Shown one piece after another: positions 13,801 through 28,860 of a DNA stretch of 64,000 nt (positions are counted from its first letter, which is position 1; the number at the start of each line of letters is the position of its first letter). Both the position numbers and the translations under genes were made by a program. This stretch comes from Azolla caroliniana (Eukaryota; Plantae; Polypodiophyta). The notes beneath the pieces are model-generated. The model was not told where the DNA came from. It did no database searches and saw nothing but the letters and a program-made list of their open reading frames with translations. The stretch spans positions 186,001 through 250,000 of the forward strand of contig JBHGNT010000025.1 in the NCBI GenBank assembly GCA_043228905.1. The letters run 5' to 3'.

Positions 13801-16800
13801 TATGAAGAAATTAGCAATCTTGAGGAGGGAGTTGAGAGGAGCACTTGAGTATATTAAAATGTTTATACCTGGCTCGTGTGATATCGGATTTTTGTGTTCA
13901 AACATGCGAATCGAAGCTAATCACGCTAGCTATGACATGTTATTAAAAAATCAAGATTTTGAAACTCAGGGCGAGAGACATGACGAAATTACCTAATTTG
14001 AGGACTGAGTTGAGACGACCTAGTAGGTAAATTAAAATGTTCATACCTGGCTCGTGTGATATCGGATTTTTGTGTTCAAACATGCGAATCAAGCTAACAA
14101 CGCTAGCTATTATATGGAACTAAAAAATCAAGATTTTGAAACTCAGGTCGAGAGATATGAAGAAATTAGCAATCTTGAGGAGGGAGTTGAGAGGAGCCCT
14201 TGAGTAAATTAAAATGTTCATACCTGGCTCGTGTGATATCGGATTTTTGTGTTCAAACATGCGAATCGAAGCTAACAACGCTAGCTATGATATGGTATTA
14301 AAAAATCATGATTTTGAAATTGAGGTCGAGAGACATGAAGAAATTAGCAATCTTGAGGAGGGAGTTGAGAGGAGCCCTTGAGTACATTAAAATGTTCATA
14401 CCTGGCACGTGTGATATCGGATTTTTGTGTTCAAACATGCGAATTGAAGCTAACAATGCTAGCTATTATATGGAACTAAAAAATCAAGATTTTGAAACTC
14501 AGGTCGAGAGATATGAAGAAATTAGCAATCTTGAGGAGGGAGTTGAGAGGAGCACTTGAGTATATTAAAATGTTTATACCTGGCTCGTGTGATATCGGAT
14601 TTTTGTGTTCAAACATGCGAATCGAAGCTAATCACGCTAGCTATGACATGTTATTAAAAAATCAAGATTTTGAAACTCAGGTCGAGAGACATGACGAAAT
14701 TACCTAATTTGAGGACTGAGTTGAGACGACCTAGTAGGTAAATTAAAATGTTCATACCTGGCTCGTGTGATATCGGATTTTTGTGTTCAAACATGCGAAT
14801 CAAGCTAACAACGCTAGCTATTATATGGAACTAAAAAATCAAGATTTTGAAACTCAGGTCGAGAGATATGAAGAAATTAGCAATCTTGAGGAGGGAGTTG
14901 AGAGGAGCCCTTGAGTGCATTAAAATGTTCATACCTGGCGCGTGTGATATCGGATTTTTGTGTTCAAACATGCGAATCGAAGCTAACAATGCTAGCTATT
15001 ATATGGAACTAAAAAATCAAGATTTTGAAACTCAGGTCGAGAGATATGAAGAAATTAGCAATCTTGAGGAGGGAGTTGAGAGGAGCCCTTGAGTACATTA
15101 AAATGTTCATACCTGGCGCGTGTGATATCGTATTTTTGTGTTCAAACATGCGAATCGAAGCTAACAACACTAGCTATTCTATGGAACTAAAAAATCAAGA
15201 TTTTGAAACTCAGGTCGAGAGATATGAAGAAATTAGCAATCTTGAGGAGGGAGTTGAGAGGAGCCCTTGAGTAAATTAAAATGTTCATACCTGGCTCGTG
15301 TGATATCGGATTTTTGTGTTCAAACATGCGAATCGAAACTCACAACGCTAGCTATGATATGGTATTAAAAAATCATGATTTTGAAATTGAGATCGAGAGA
15401 CATGAAGAAATTAGCAATCTTGAGGAGGGAGTTGAGAGGAGCCCTTGAGTACATTAAAATGTTCATACCTGGCGCGTGTGATATCGGATTTTTGTGTTCA
15501 AACATGCGAATCGAAGCTAACAACGCTAGCTATGACATGGTATTAAAAAATCAAGATTTTGAAACTCAGGTCGAGAGATATGAAGAAATTACCTACTTTG
15601 AGGAGGGAGTTGAGAGGAGCCCTTGAGTAAATTAAAATGTTCATACCTGGCTCGTGTGATATCGGATTTTTGTGTTCAAACATGCGAATCGAAGCTAATC
15701 ACGCTAGCTATGACATGTTATTAAAAAATCAAGATTTTGAAACTCAGGTCGAGAGACATGACGAAATTACCTAATTTGAGGACTGAGTTGAGACGACCTA
15801 GTAGGTAAATTAAAATGTTCATACCTGGCTCGTGTGATATCGGATTTTTGTGTTCAAACATGCGAATCAAGCTAACAACGCTAGCTATTATATGGAACTA
15901 AAAAATCAAGATTTTGAAACTCAGGTCGAGAGATATGAAGAAATTAGCAATCTTGAGGAGGGAGTTGAGAGGAGCCCTTGAGTACATTAAAATGTTCATA
16001 CCTGGCGCGTGTGATATCGGATTTTTGTGTTCAAACATGCGAATCGAAGCTAACAACACTAGCTATTCTATGTAACTAAAAAATCAAGATTTTGAAACTC
16101 AGGTCGAGAGACATGAAGAAATTAGCAATCTTGAGGAGGGAGTTGAGAGGAGCCCTTGAGTACATTAAAATGTTCATACCTGGCGCGTGTGATATCGTAT
16201 TTTTGTGTTCAAACATGCGAATCGAAGCTAACAACACTAGCTATTCTATGGAACTAAAAAATCAAGATTTTGAAACTCAGGTCGAGAGATATGAAGAAAT
16301 TAGCAATCTTGAGGAGGGAGTTGAGAGGAGCCCTTGAGTAAATTAAAATGTTCATACCTGGCTCGTGTGATATCGGATTTTTGTGTTCAAACATGCGAAT
16401 CGAAGCTCACAACGCTAGCTATGATATGGTATTAAAAAATCATGATTTTGAAATTGAGGTCGAGAGACATGAAGAAATTAGCAATCTTGAGGAGGGAGTT
16501 GAGAGGAGCCCTTCAGTACATTAAAATGTTCATACCTGGCACGTGTGATATCGGATTTTTGTGTTCAAACATGCGAATCGAAGCTAACAATGCTAGCTAT
16601 TATATGGAACTAAAAAATCAAGATTTTGAAACTCAGGTCGAGAGATATGAAGAAATTAGCAATCTTGAGGAGGGAGTTGAGAGGAGCACTTGAGTATATT
16701 AAAATGTTTATACCTGGCTCGTGTGATATCGGATTTTTGTGTTCAAACATGCGAATCGAAGCTAATCACGCTAGCTATGACATGTTATTAAAAAATCAAG

Positions 16801-17761
16801 ATTTTGAAACTCAGGGCGAGAGACATGACGAAATTACCTAATTTGAGGACTGAGTTGAGACGACCTAGTAGGTAAATTAAAATGTTCATACCTGGCTCGT
16901 GTGATATCGGATTTTTGTGTTCAAACATGCGAATCAAGCTAACAACGCTAGCTATTATATGGAACTAAAAAATCAAGATTTTGAAACTCAGGTCGAGAGA
17001 TATGAAGAAATTAGCAATCTTGAGGAGGGAGTTGAGAGGAGCCCTTGAGTAAATTAAAATGTTCATACCTGGCTCGTGTGATATCGGATTTTTGTGTTCA
17101 AACATGCGAATCGAAGCTAACAACGCTAGCTATGATATGGTATTAAAAAATCATGATTTTGAAATTGAGGTCGAGAGACATGAAGAAATTAGCAATCTTG
17201 AGGAGGGAGTTGAGAGGAGCCCTTGAGTACATTAAAATGTTCATACCTGGCACGTGTGATATCGGATTTTTGTGTTCAAACATGCGAATCGAAGCTAACA
17301 ATGCTAGCTATTATATGGAACTAAAAAATCAAGATTTTGAAACTCAGGTCGAGAGATATGAAGAAATTAGCAATCTTGAGGAGGGAGTTGAGAGGAGCAC
17401 TTGAGTATATTAAAATGTTTATACCTGGCTCGTGTGATATCGGATTTTTGTGTTCAAACATGCGAATCGAAGCTAATCACGCTAGCTATGACATGTTATT
17501 AAAAAATCAAGATTTTGAAACTCAGGTCGAGAGACATGACGAAATTACCTAATTTGAGGACTGAGTTGAGACGACCTAGTAGGTAAATTAAAATGTTCAT
17601 ACCTGGCTCGTGTGATATCGGATTTTTGTGTTCAAACATGCGAATCAAGCTAACAACGCTAGCTATTATATGGAACTAAAAAATCAAGATTTTGAAACTC
17701 AGGTCGAGAGATATGAAGAAATTAGCAATCTTGAGGAGGGAGTTGAGAGGAGCCCTTGAGT
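6556..17761. repeat. 30-monomer (5335 bp) near-perfect tandem duplication, about 2.1 copies
   Basis: 16 consecutive ORF variants are offset by exactly 5335 (6667/12002 to 12002/17337). Private SNPs are shared: GAATTGAAG at 9110/14445 and GAGACATGAAG at 10777/16112. Flanking mismatches lie at 6555/11890 and 12427/17762. Confidence 0.95.
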
Positions 17762-18759
17762 GCATTAAAATGTTCATACCTGGCGCGTGTGATATCGGAT
17801 TTTTGTGTTCAAACATGCGAATCGAAGCTAACAATGCTAGCTATTATATGGAACTAAAAAATCAAGATTTTGAAACTCAGGTCGAGAGATATGAAGAAAT
17901 TAGCAATCTTGAGGAGGGAGTTGAGAGGAGCCCTTGAGTACATTAAAATGTTCATACCTGGCGCGTGTGATATCGTATTTTTGTGTTCAAACATGCGAAT
18001 CGAAGCTAACAACACTAGCTATTCTATGGAACTAAAAAATCAAGATTTTGAAACTCAGGTCGAGAGATATGAAGAAATTAGCAATCTTGAGGAGGGAGTT
18101 GAGAGGAGCCCTTGAGTAAATTAAAATGTTCATACCTGGCTCGTGTGATATCGGATTTTTGTGTTCAAACATGCGAATCGAAACTCACAACGCTAGCTAT
18201 GATATGGTATTAAAAAATCATGATTTTGAAATTGAGATCGAGAGACATGAAGAAATTAGCAATCTTGAGGAGGGAGTTGAGAGGAGCCCTTGAGTACATT
18301 AAAATGTTCATACCTGGCGCGTGTGATATCGGATTTTTGTGTTCAAACATGCGAATCGAAGCTAACAACGCTAGCTATGACATGGTATTAAAAAATCAAG
18401 ATTTTGAAACTCAGGTCGAGAGATATGAAGAAATTACCTACTTTGAGGAGGGAGTTGAGAGGAGCCCTTGAGTAAATTAAAATGTTCATACCTGGCTCGT
18501 GTGATATCGGATTTTTGTGTTCAAACATGCGAATCGAAGCTAATCACGCTAGCTATGATATGGTATTAAAAAATCATGATTTTGAAATTGAGGTCGAGAG
18601 ACATGAAGAAATTAGCAATCTTGAGGAGGGAGTTGAGAGGAGCCCTTCAGTACATTAAAATGTTCATACCTGGCACGTGTGATATCGGATTTTTGTGTTC
18701 AAACATGCGAATCGAAGCTAACAATGCTAGCTATTATATGGAACTAAAAAATCAAGATT

Positions 18760-20820
18760 TTGAAACTCAGGTCGAGAGATATGAAGAAATTAGCAATCTT
18801 GAGGAGGGAGTTGAGAGGAGCACTTGAGTATATTAAAATGTTTATACCTGGCTCGTGTGATATCGGATTTTTGTGTTCAAACATGCGAATCGAAGCTAAT
18901 CACGCTAGCTATGACATGTTATTAAAAAATCAAGATTTTGAAACTCAGGTCGAGAGACATGACGAAATTACCTAATTTGAGGACTGAGTTGAGACGACCT
19001 AGTAGGTAAATTAAAATGTTCATACCTGGCTCGTGTGATATCGGATTTTTGTGTTCAAACATGCGAATCAAGCTAACAACGCTAGCTATTATATGGAACT
19101 AAAAAATCAAGATTTTGAAACTCAGGTCGAGAGATATGAAGAAATTAGCAATCTTGAGGAGGGAGTTGAGAGGAGCCCTTGAGTACATTAAAATGTTCAT
19201 ACCTGGCGCGTGTGATATCGGATTTTTGTGTTCAAACATGCGAATCGAAGCTAACAACGCTAGCTATGACATGGTATTAAAAAATCAAGATTTTGAAACT
19301 CAGGTCGAGAGATATGAAGAAATTAGCAATCTTGAGGAGGGAGTTGAGAGGAGCCCTTGAGTACATTAAAATGTTCATACCTGGCGCGTGTGATATCGGA
19401 TTTTTGTGTTCAAACATGCGAATCGAAGCTCACAACGCTAGCTATGATATGGTTTTAAAAAATCATGATTTTGAAATTGAGGTCGAGAGACATATCGAAA
19501 TTAGCAATCTTGAGGAGGAAGTTGAAAGGATCCCTTGAGTACATTAAAATGTTCATACCTGGCTCGTGTGATATCGGATTTTTGTGTTCAAACATGTGAA
19601 TCGCAGCTAACAACGCTAGCTATGACATGCTATTAAGAAATCAAGATTTTGAAACTCAGGTCGAGAGATATTACGAAATTACCTACTTTGAGGAGGGAGT
19701 TGAGACGACCTAGTAGGTAAATTAAAATGTTCATACCTGGCTCGTGTGATATCGGATTTTTGTGTTCAAACATGCGAATCAAAGCTAACAATGCTAGCTA
19801 TGATATGGAACTAAAAAATCAAGATTTTGAAACTCAGGTCGAGAGATATGAAGAAATTAGCAATCTTGAGGAGGGAGTTGAGAGGAGCCCTTGAGTACAT
19901 TAAAATGTTCATACCTGGCGCGTGTGATATCGGATTTTTGTGTTCAAACATGCGAATCGAAGCTAACAATGCTAGCTATTCTATGGAACTAAATAATCAA
20001 GATTTTGAAACTCAGGTCGAGAGATATGAAGAAATTAGCAATCTTGAGGAGGGAGTTGAGAGGAGCCCTTGAGTACATTAAAATGTTCATACCTGGCGCG
20101 TGTGATATCGTATTTTTGTGTTCAAACATGCGAATCGAAGCTAACAACACTAGCTATTCTATGTAACTAAAAAATCAAGATTTTGAAACTCAGGTCGAGA
20201 GATATGAAGAAATTAGCAATCTTGAGGAGGGAGTTGAGAGGAGCCCTTGAGTAAATTAAAATGTTCATACCTGGCTCGTGTGATATCGGATTTTTGTGTT
20301 CAAACATGCGAATCGAAGCTCACAACGCTAGCTATGATATGGTATTAAAAAATCATGATTTTGAAATTGAGGTCGAGAGACATGAAGAAATTAGCAATCT
20401 TGAGGAGGGAGTTGAGAGGAGCCCTTGAGTACATTAAAATGTTCATACCTGGCACGTGTGATATCGGATTTTTGTGTTCAAACATGCGAATCGAAGCTAA
20501 CAATGCTAGCTATTATATGGAACTAAAAAATCAAGATTTTGAAACTCAGGTCGAGAGATATGAAGAAATTAGCAATCTTGAGGAGGGAGTTGAGAGGAGC
20601 ACTTGAGTATATTAAAATGTTTATACCTGGCTCGTGTGATATCGGATTTTTGTGTTCAAACATGCGAATCGAAGCTAATCACGCTAGCTATGACATGTTA
20701 TTAAAAAATCAAGATTTTGAAACTCAGGGCGAGAGACATGACGAAATTACCTAATTTGAGGACTGAGTTGAGACGACCTAGTAGGTAAATTAAAATGTTC
20801 ATACCTGGCTCGTGTGATAT
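18760..20820. repeat. Third partial copy of the left 30-mer HOR (offset 6758 from 12002-14060)
   Basis: Offsets 12357/19115, 12535/19293, 13069/19827, 13597/20355, 13781/20539; shares GGATCC (19528), CTAAATAATC and CAGGGCGAG. Confidence 0.88.
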
Positions 20821-22499
20821 CGTATTTTTGTGTTCAAACATGCGAATCAAGCTAACAACGCTAGCTATGATATGGTATTAAAAAATCATGATTTTGAAAT
20901 TGAGGTCGAGAGACATGAAGAAATTAGCAATCTTGAGGAGGGAGTTGAGAGGAGCCCTTGAGTACATTAAAATGTTCATACCTGGCGCGTGTAATATCGG
21001 ATTTTTGTGTTCAAACATGCGAATCGAAGCTAACAACGCTAGCTATGACATGGTATTAAAAAATCAAGATTTTGAAACTCAGGTCGAGAGATATGAAGAA
21101 ATTACCTACTTTGAGGAGGGAGTTGAGAGGAGCCCTTGAGTAAATTAAAATGTTCATACCTGGCTCGTGTGATATCGGATTTTTGTGTTCAAACATGCGA
21201 ATCGAAGCTCACAACGCTAGCTATGATATGGTATTAAAAAATCATGATTTTGAAATTGAGGTCGAGAGACATGAAGAAATTAGCAATCTTGAGGAGGGAG
21301 TTGAGAGGAGCCCTTGAGTACATTAAAATGTTCATACCTGGCGCGTGTGATATCGGATTTTTGTGTTCAAACATGCGAATCGAAGCTAACAATGCTAGCT
21401 ATTCTATGGAACTAAAAAATCAAGATTTTGAAACTCAGGTCGAGAGATATGAAGAAATTAGCAATCTTGAGGAGGGAGTTGAGAGGAGCCCTTGAGTACA
21501 TTAAAATGTTCATACCTGGCGCGTGTGATATCGTATTTTTGTGTTCAAACATGCGAATCGAAGCTAACAACACTAGCTATTCTATGGAACTAAAAAATCA
21601 AGATTTTGAAACTCAGGTCGAGAGATATGAAGAAATTAGCAATCTTGAGGAGGGAGTTGAGAGGAGCCCTTGAGTAAATTAAAATGTTCATACCTGGCTC
21701 GTGTGATATCGGATTTTTGTGTTCAAACATGCGAATCGAAGCTCACAACGCTAGCTATGATATGGTATTAAAAAATCATGATTTTGAAATTGAGGTCGAG
21801 AGACATGAAGAAATTAGCAATCTTGAGGAGGGAGTTGAGAGGAGCCCTTGAGTACATTAAAATGTTCATACCTGGCACGTGTGATATCGGATTTTTGTGT
21901 TCAAACATGCGAATCGAAGCTAACAATGCTAGCTATTATATGGAACTAAAAAATCAAGATTTTGAAACTCAGGTCGAGAGATATGAAGAAATTAGCAATC
22001 TTGAGGAGGGAGTTGAGAGGAGCCCTTCAGTAAATTAAAATGTTCATACCTGGCTCGTGTGATATCGGATTTTTGTGTTCAAACATGCGAATCGAAGCTC
22101 ACAACGCTAGCTATGATATGGTATTAAAAAATCATGATTTTGAAATTGAGGTCGAGAGACATGAAGAAATTAGCAATCTTGAGGAGGGAGTTGAGAGGAG
22201 CCCTTGAGTACATTAAAATGTTCATACCTGGCACGTGTGATATCGGATTTTTGTGTTCAAACATGCGAATCGAAGCTAACAATGCTAGCTATTATATGGA
22301 ACTAAAAAATCAAGATTTTGAAACTCAGGTCGAGAGATATGAAGAAATTAGCAATCTTGAGGAGGGAGTTGAGAGGAGCACTTGAGTATATTAAAATGTT
22401 TATACCTGGCTCGTGTGATATCGGATTTTTGTGTTCAAACATGCGAATCGAAGCTAATCACGCTAGCTATGACATGTTATTAAAAAATCAAGATTTTGA

Positions 22500-25400
22500 A
22501 ACTCAGGTCGAGAGACATGACGAAATTACCTAATTTGAGGACTGAGTTGAGACGACCTAGTAGGTAAATTAAAATGTTCATACCTGGCTCGTGTGATATC
22601 GGATTTTTGTGTTCAAACATGCGAATCAAGCTAACAACGCTAGCTATTATATGGAACTAAAAAATCAAGATTTTGAAACTCAGGTCGAGAGATATGAAGA
22701 AATTAGCAATCTTGAGGAGGGAGTTGAGAGGAGCCCTTGAGTACATTAAAATGTTCATACCTGGCGCGTGTGATATCGGATTTTTGTGTTCAAACATGCG
22801 AATCGAAGCTAACAATGCTAGCTATTCTATGGAACTAAAAAATCAAGATTTTGAAACTCAGGTCGAGAGATATGAAGAAATTAGCAATCTTGAGGAGGGA
22901 GTTGAGAGGAGCCCTTGAGTACATTAAAATGTTCATACCTGGCGCGTGTGATATCGTATTTTTGTGTTCAAACATGCGAATCGAAGCTAACAACACTAGC
23001 TATTCTATGGAACTAAAAAATCAAGATTTTGAAACTCAGGTCGAGAGATATGAAGAAATTAGCAATCTTGAGGAGGGAGTTGAGAGGAGCACTTGAGTAT
23101 ATTAAAATGTTTATACCTGGCTCGTGTGATATATGATTTTTGTGTTCAAACATGCGAATCGAAGCTAACAACGCTAGCTATGACATGGTATTAAAAAATC
23201 AAGATTTTGAAACTCAGGTCGAGAGATATGAAGAAATTACCTAGTTTGAGGAGGGAGTTGAGAGGAGCCCTTGAGTAAATTAAAATGTTCATACCTGGCT
23301 CGTGTGATATCGGATTTTTGTGTTCAAACATGCGAATCGAAGCTAATCACGCTAGCTACGACATGTTATTAAAAAATCAAGATTTTGAAACTCAGGTCGA
23401 GAGACATGACGAAATTACCTAATTTGAGGACTGAGTTGAGACGACCTAGTAGGTAAATTAAAATGTTCATACCTGGCTCGTGTGATATCGGATTTTTGTG
23501 TTCAAACATGCGAATCAAGCTAACAACGCTAGCTATTATATGGAACTAAAAAATCAAGATTTTGAAACTCAGGTCGAGAGATATGAAGAAATTAGCAATC
23601 TTGAGGAGGGAGTTGAGAGGAGCCCTTGAGTACATTAAAATGTTCATACCTGGCGCGTGTGATATCGGATTTTTGTGTTCAAACATGCGAATCGAAGCTA
23701 ACAATGCTAGCTATTATATGGAACTAAAAAATCAAGATTTTGAAACTCAGGTCGAGAGATATGAAGAAATTAGCAATCTTGAGGAGGGAGTTGAGAGGAG
23801 CCCTTGAGTACATTAAAATGTTCATACCTGGCGCGTGTGATATCGTATTTTTGTGTTCAAACATGCGAATCGAAGCTAACAACACTAGCTATTCTATGTA
23901 ACTAAAAAATCAAGATTTTGAAACTCAGGTCGAGAGATATGAAGAAATTAGCAATCTTGAGGAGGGGGTTGAGAGGAGCCCTTGAGTAAATTAAAATGTT
24001 CATACCTGGCTCGTGTGATATCGGATTTTTGTGTTCAAACATGCGAATCGAAGCTCACAACGCTAGCTATGATATGGTATTAAAAAATCATGATTTTGAA
24101 ATTGAGGTCGAGAGACATGAAGAAATTAGCAATCTTGAGGAGGGAGTTGAGAGGAGCCCTTGAGTACATTAAAATGTTCATACCTGGCACGTGTGATATC
24201 GGATTTTTGTGTTCAAACATGCGAATCGAAGCTAACAATGCTAGCTATTATATGGAACTAAAAAATCAAGATTTTGAAACTCAGGTCGAGAGATATGAAG
24301 AAATTAGCAATCTTGAGGAGGGAGTTGAGAGGAGCACTTGAGTATATTAAAATGTTTATACCTGGCTCGTGTGATATCGGATTTTTGTGTTCAAACATGC
24401 GAATCGAAGCTAATCACGCTAGCTATGACATGTTATTAAAAAATCAAGATTTTGAAACTCAGGTCGAGAGACATGACGAAATTACCTAATTTGAGGACTG
24501 AGTTGAGACGACCTAGTAGGTAAATTAAAATGTCCATACCTGGCTCGTGTGATATCGGATTTTTGTGTTCAAACATGCGAATCAAGCTAACAACGCTAGC
24601 TATTATATGGAACTAAAAAATCAAGATTTTGAAACTCAGGTCGAGAGATATGAAGAAATTAGCAATCTTGAGGAGGGAGTTGAGAGGAGCCCTTGAGTAC
24701 ATTAAAATGTTCATACCTGGCGCGTGTGATATCGGATTTTTGTGTTCAAACATGCGAATCGAAGCTAACAATGCTAGCTATTATATGGAACTAAAAAATC
24801 AAGATTTTGAAACTCAGGTCGAGAGATATGAAGAAATTAGCAATCTTGAGGAGGGAGTTGAGAGGAGCCCTTGAGTACATTAAAATGTTCATACCTGGCG
24901 CGTGTGATATCGTATTTTTGTGTTCAAACATGCGAATCGAAGCTAACAACACTAGCTATTCTATGGAACTAAAAAATCAAGATTTTGAAACTCAGGTCGA
25001 GAGATATGAAGAAATTAGCAATCTTGAGGAGGGAGTTGAGAGGAGCCCTTCAGTAAATTAAAATGTTCATACCTGGCTCGTGTGATATCGGATTTTTGTG
25101 TTCAAACATGCGAATCGAAGCTCACAACGCTAGCTATGATATGGTATTAAAAAATCATGATTTTGAAATTGAGGTCGAGAGACATGAAGAAATTAGCAAT
25201 CTTGAGGAGGGAGTTGAGAGGAGCCCTTGAGTACATTAAAATGTTCATACCTGGCACGTGTGATATCGGATTTTTGTGTTCAAACATGCGAATCGAAGCT
25301 AACAATTCTAGCTATTATATGGAACTAAAAAATCAAGATTTTGAAACTCAGGTCGAGAGATATGAAGAAATTAGCAATCTTGAGGAGGGAGTTGAGAGGA

Positions 25401-28400
25401 GCACTTGAGTATATTAAAATGTTTATACCTGGCTCGTGTGATATCGGATTTTTGTGTTCAAACATGCGAATCGAAGCTAATCACGCTAGCTATGACATGT
25501 TATTAAAAAATCAAGATTTTGGAACTCAGGTCGAGAGACATGACGAAATTACCTAATTTGAGGACTGAGTTGAGACGACCTAGTAGGTAAATTAAAATGT
25601 TCATACCTGGCTCGTGTGATATCGGATTTTTGTGTTCAAACATGCGAATCAAGCTAACAACGCTAGCTATTATATGGAACTAAAAAATCAAGATTTTGAA
25701 ACTCAGGTCGAGAGATATGAAGAAATTAGCAATCTTGAGGAGGGAGTTGAGAGGAGCCCTTGAGTACATTAAAATGTTCATACCTGGCGCGTGTGATATC
25801 GGATTTTTGTGTTCAAACATGCGAATCGAAGCTAGCAATGCTAGCTATTATATGGAACTAAAAAATCAAGATTTTGAAACTCAGGTCGAGAGATATGAAG
25901 AAATTAGCAATCTTGAGGAGGGAGTTGAGAGGAGCCCTTGAGTACATTAAAATGTTCATACCTGGCGCGTGTGATATCGTATTTTTGTGTTCAAACATGC
26001 GAATCGAAGCTAACAACACTAGCTATTCTATGGAACTAAAAAATCAAGATTTTGAAACTCAGGTCGAGAGATATGAAGAAATTAGCAATCTTGAGGAGGG
26101 AGTTGAGAGGAGCCCTTCAGTAAATTAAAATGTTCATACCTGGCTCGTGTGATATCGGATTTTTGTGTTCAAACATGCGAATCGAAGCTCACAACGCTAG
26201 CTATGATATGGTATTAAAAAATCATGATTTTGAAATTGAGGTCGAGAGACATGAAGAAATTAGCAATCTTGAGGAGGGAGTTGAGAGGAGCCCTTGAGTA
26301 CATTAAAATGTTCATACCTGGCGCGTGTGATATCGGATTTTTGTGTTCAAACATGCGAATCGAAGCTAACAACACTAGCTATTCTATGGAACTAAAAAAT
26401 CAAGATTTTGAAACTCAGGTCGAGAGATATGAAGAAATTAGCAATCTTGAGGAGGGAGTTGAGAGGAGCCCTTGAGTACATTAAAATGTTCATACCTGGC
26501 GCGTGTGATATCGTATTTTTGTGTTCAAACATGCGAATCGAAGCTAATCACGCTAGCTATGACATGTTATTAAAAAATCAAGATTTTGAAACTCAGGTCG
26601 AGAGACATGACGAAATTACCTAATTTGAGGACTGAGTTGAGACGACCTAGTAGGTAAATTAAAATGTTTATACCTGGCTCGTGTGATATCGGATTTTTGT
26701 GTTCAAACATGCGAATCAAGCTAACAACGCTAGCTATTATATGGAACTAAAAAATCAAGATTTTGAAACTCAGGTCGAGAGATATGAAGAAATTAGCAAT
26801 CTTGAGGAGGGAGTTGAGAGGAGCCCTTGAGTACATTAAAATGTTCATACCTGGCTCGTGTGATATCGGATTTTTGTGTTCAAACATGCGAATCGAAGCT
26901 AACAATGCTAGCTATTCTATGGAACTAAAAAATCAAGATTTTGAAACTCAGGTCGAGAGATATGAAGAAATTAGCAATCTTGAGGAGGGAGTTGAGAGGA
27001 GCCCTTGAGTACATTAAAATGTTCATACCTGGCGCGTGTGATATCGTATTTTTGTGTTCAAACATGCGAATCGAAGCTAACAACACTAGCTATTCTATGG
27101 AACTAAAAAATCAAGATTTTGAAACTCAGGTCGAGAGATATGAAGAAATTAGCAATCTTGAGGAGGGAGTTGAGAGGAGCACTTGAGTATATTAAAATGT
27201 TTATACCTGGCTCGTGTGATATCGGATTTTTGTGTTCAAACATGCGAATCGAAGCTAACAACGCTAGCTATGACATGGTATTAAAAAATCAAGATTTTGA
27301 AACTCAGGTCGAGAGATATGAAGAAATTACCTACTTTGAGGAGGGAGTTGAGAGGAGCCCTTGAGTAAATTAAAATGTTCATACCTGGCTCGTGTGATAT
27401 CGGATTTTTGTGTTCAAACATGCGAATCGAAGCTAATCACGCTAGCTACGACATGTTATTAAAAAATCAAGATTTTGAAACTCAGGTCGAGAGACATGAC
27501 GAAATTACCTAATTTGAGGACTGAGTTGAGACGACCTAGTAGGTAAATTAAAATGTTCATACCTGGCTCGTGTGATATCGGATTTTTGTGTTCAAACATG
27601 CGAATCAAGCTAACAACGCTAGCTATTATATGGAACTAAAAAATCAAGATTTTGAAACTCAGGTCGAGAGATATGAAGAAATTAGCAATCTTGAGGAGGG
27701 AGTTGAGAGGAGCCCTTGAGTACATTAAAATGTTCATACCTGGCGCGTGTGATATCGGATTTTTGTGTTCAAACATGCGAATCGAAGCTAACAATGCTAG
27801 CTATTATATGGAACTAAAAAATCAAGATTTTGAAACTCAGGTCGAGAGATATAAAGAAATTAGCAATCTTGAGGAGGGAGTTGACAGGAGCCCTTGAGTA
27901 CATTAAAATGTTCATACCTGGCGCGTGTGATATCGGATTTTTGTGTTCAAACATGCGAATCGAAGCTAACAACACTAGCTATTCTATGGAACTAAAAAAT
28001 CAAGATTTTGAAACTCAGGTCGAGAGATATGAAGAAATTAGCAATCTTGAGGAGGGAGTTGAGAGGAGCCCTTCAGTAAATTAAAATGTTCATACCTGGC
28101 TCGTGTGATATCGGATTTTTGTGTTCAAACATGCGAATCGAAGCTCACAACGCTAGCTATGATATGGTATTAAAAAATCATGATTTTGAAATTGAGGTCG
28201 AGAGACATGAAGAAATTAGCAATCTTGAGGAGGGAGTTGAGAGGAGCCCTTGAGTACATTAAAATGTTCATACCTGGCACGTGTGATATCGGATTTTTGT
28301 GTTCAAACATGCGAATCGAAGCTAACAATGCTAGCTATTATATGGAACTAAAAAATCAAGATTTTGAAACTCAGGTCGAGAGATATGAAGAAATTAGCAA

Positions 28401-28860
28401 TCTTGAGGAGGGAGTTGAGAGGAGCACTTGAGTATATTAAAATGTTTATACCTGGCTCGTGTGATATCGGATTTTTGTGTTCAAACATGCGAATCGAAGC
28501 TAATCACGCTAGCTATGACATGTTATTAAAAAATCAAGATTTTGAAACTCAGGTCGAGAGACATGACGAAATTACCTAATTTGAGGACTGAGTTGAGACG
28601 ACCTAGTAGGTAAATTAAAATGTTCATACCTGGCTCGTGTGATATCGGATTTTTGTGTTCAAACATGCGAATCAAGCTAACAACGCTAGCTATTATATGG
28701 AACTAAAAAATCAAGATTTTGAAACTCAGGTCGAGAGATATGAAGAAATTAGCAATCTTGAGGAGGGAGTTGAGAGGAGCCCTTGAGTACATTAAAATGT
28801 TCATACCTGGCGCGTGTGATATCGGATTTTTGTGTTCAAACATGCGAATCGAAGCTAACA
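22500..28860. repeat. 23-monomer (4090 bp) imperfect duplication containing three consecutive 1067-bp hexamers
   Basis: Offsets 22673/26763, 22851/26941, 23562/27652, 24090/28180; private SNP GCTACGAC at 23359/27449; 177-bp monomers start at 23385, 24452, 25519, 26586. Confidence 0.85.
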
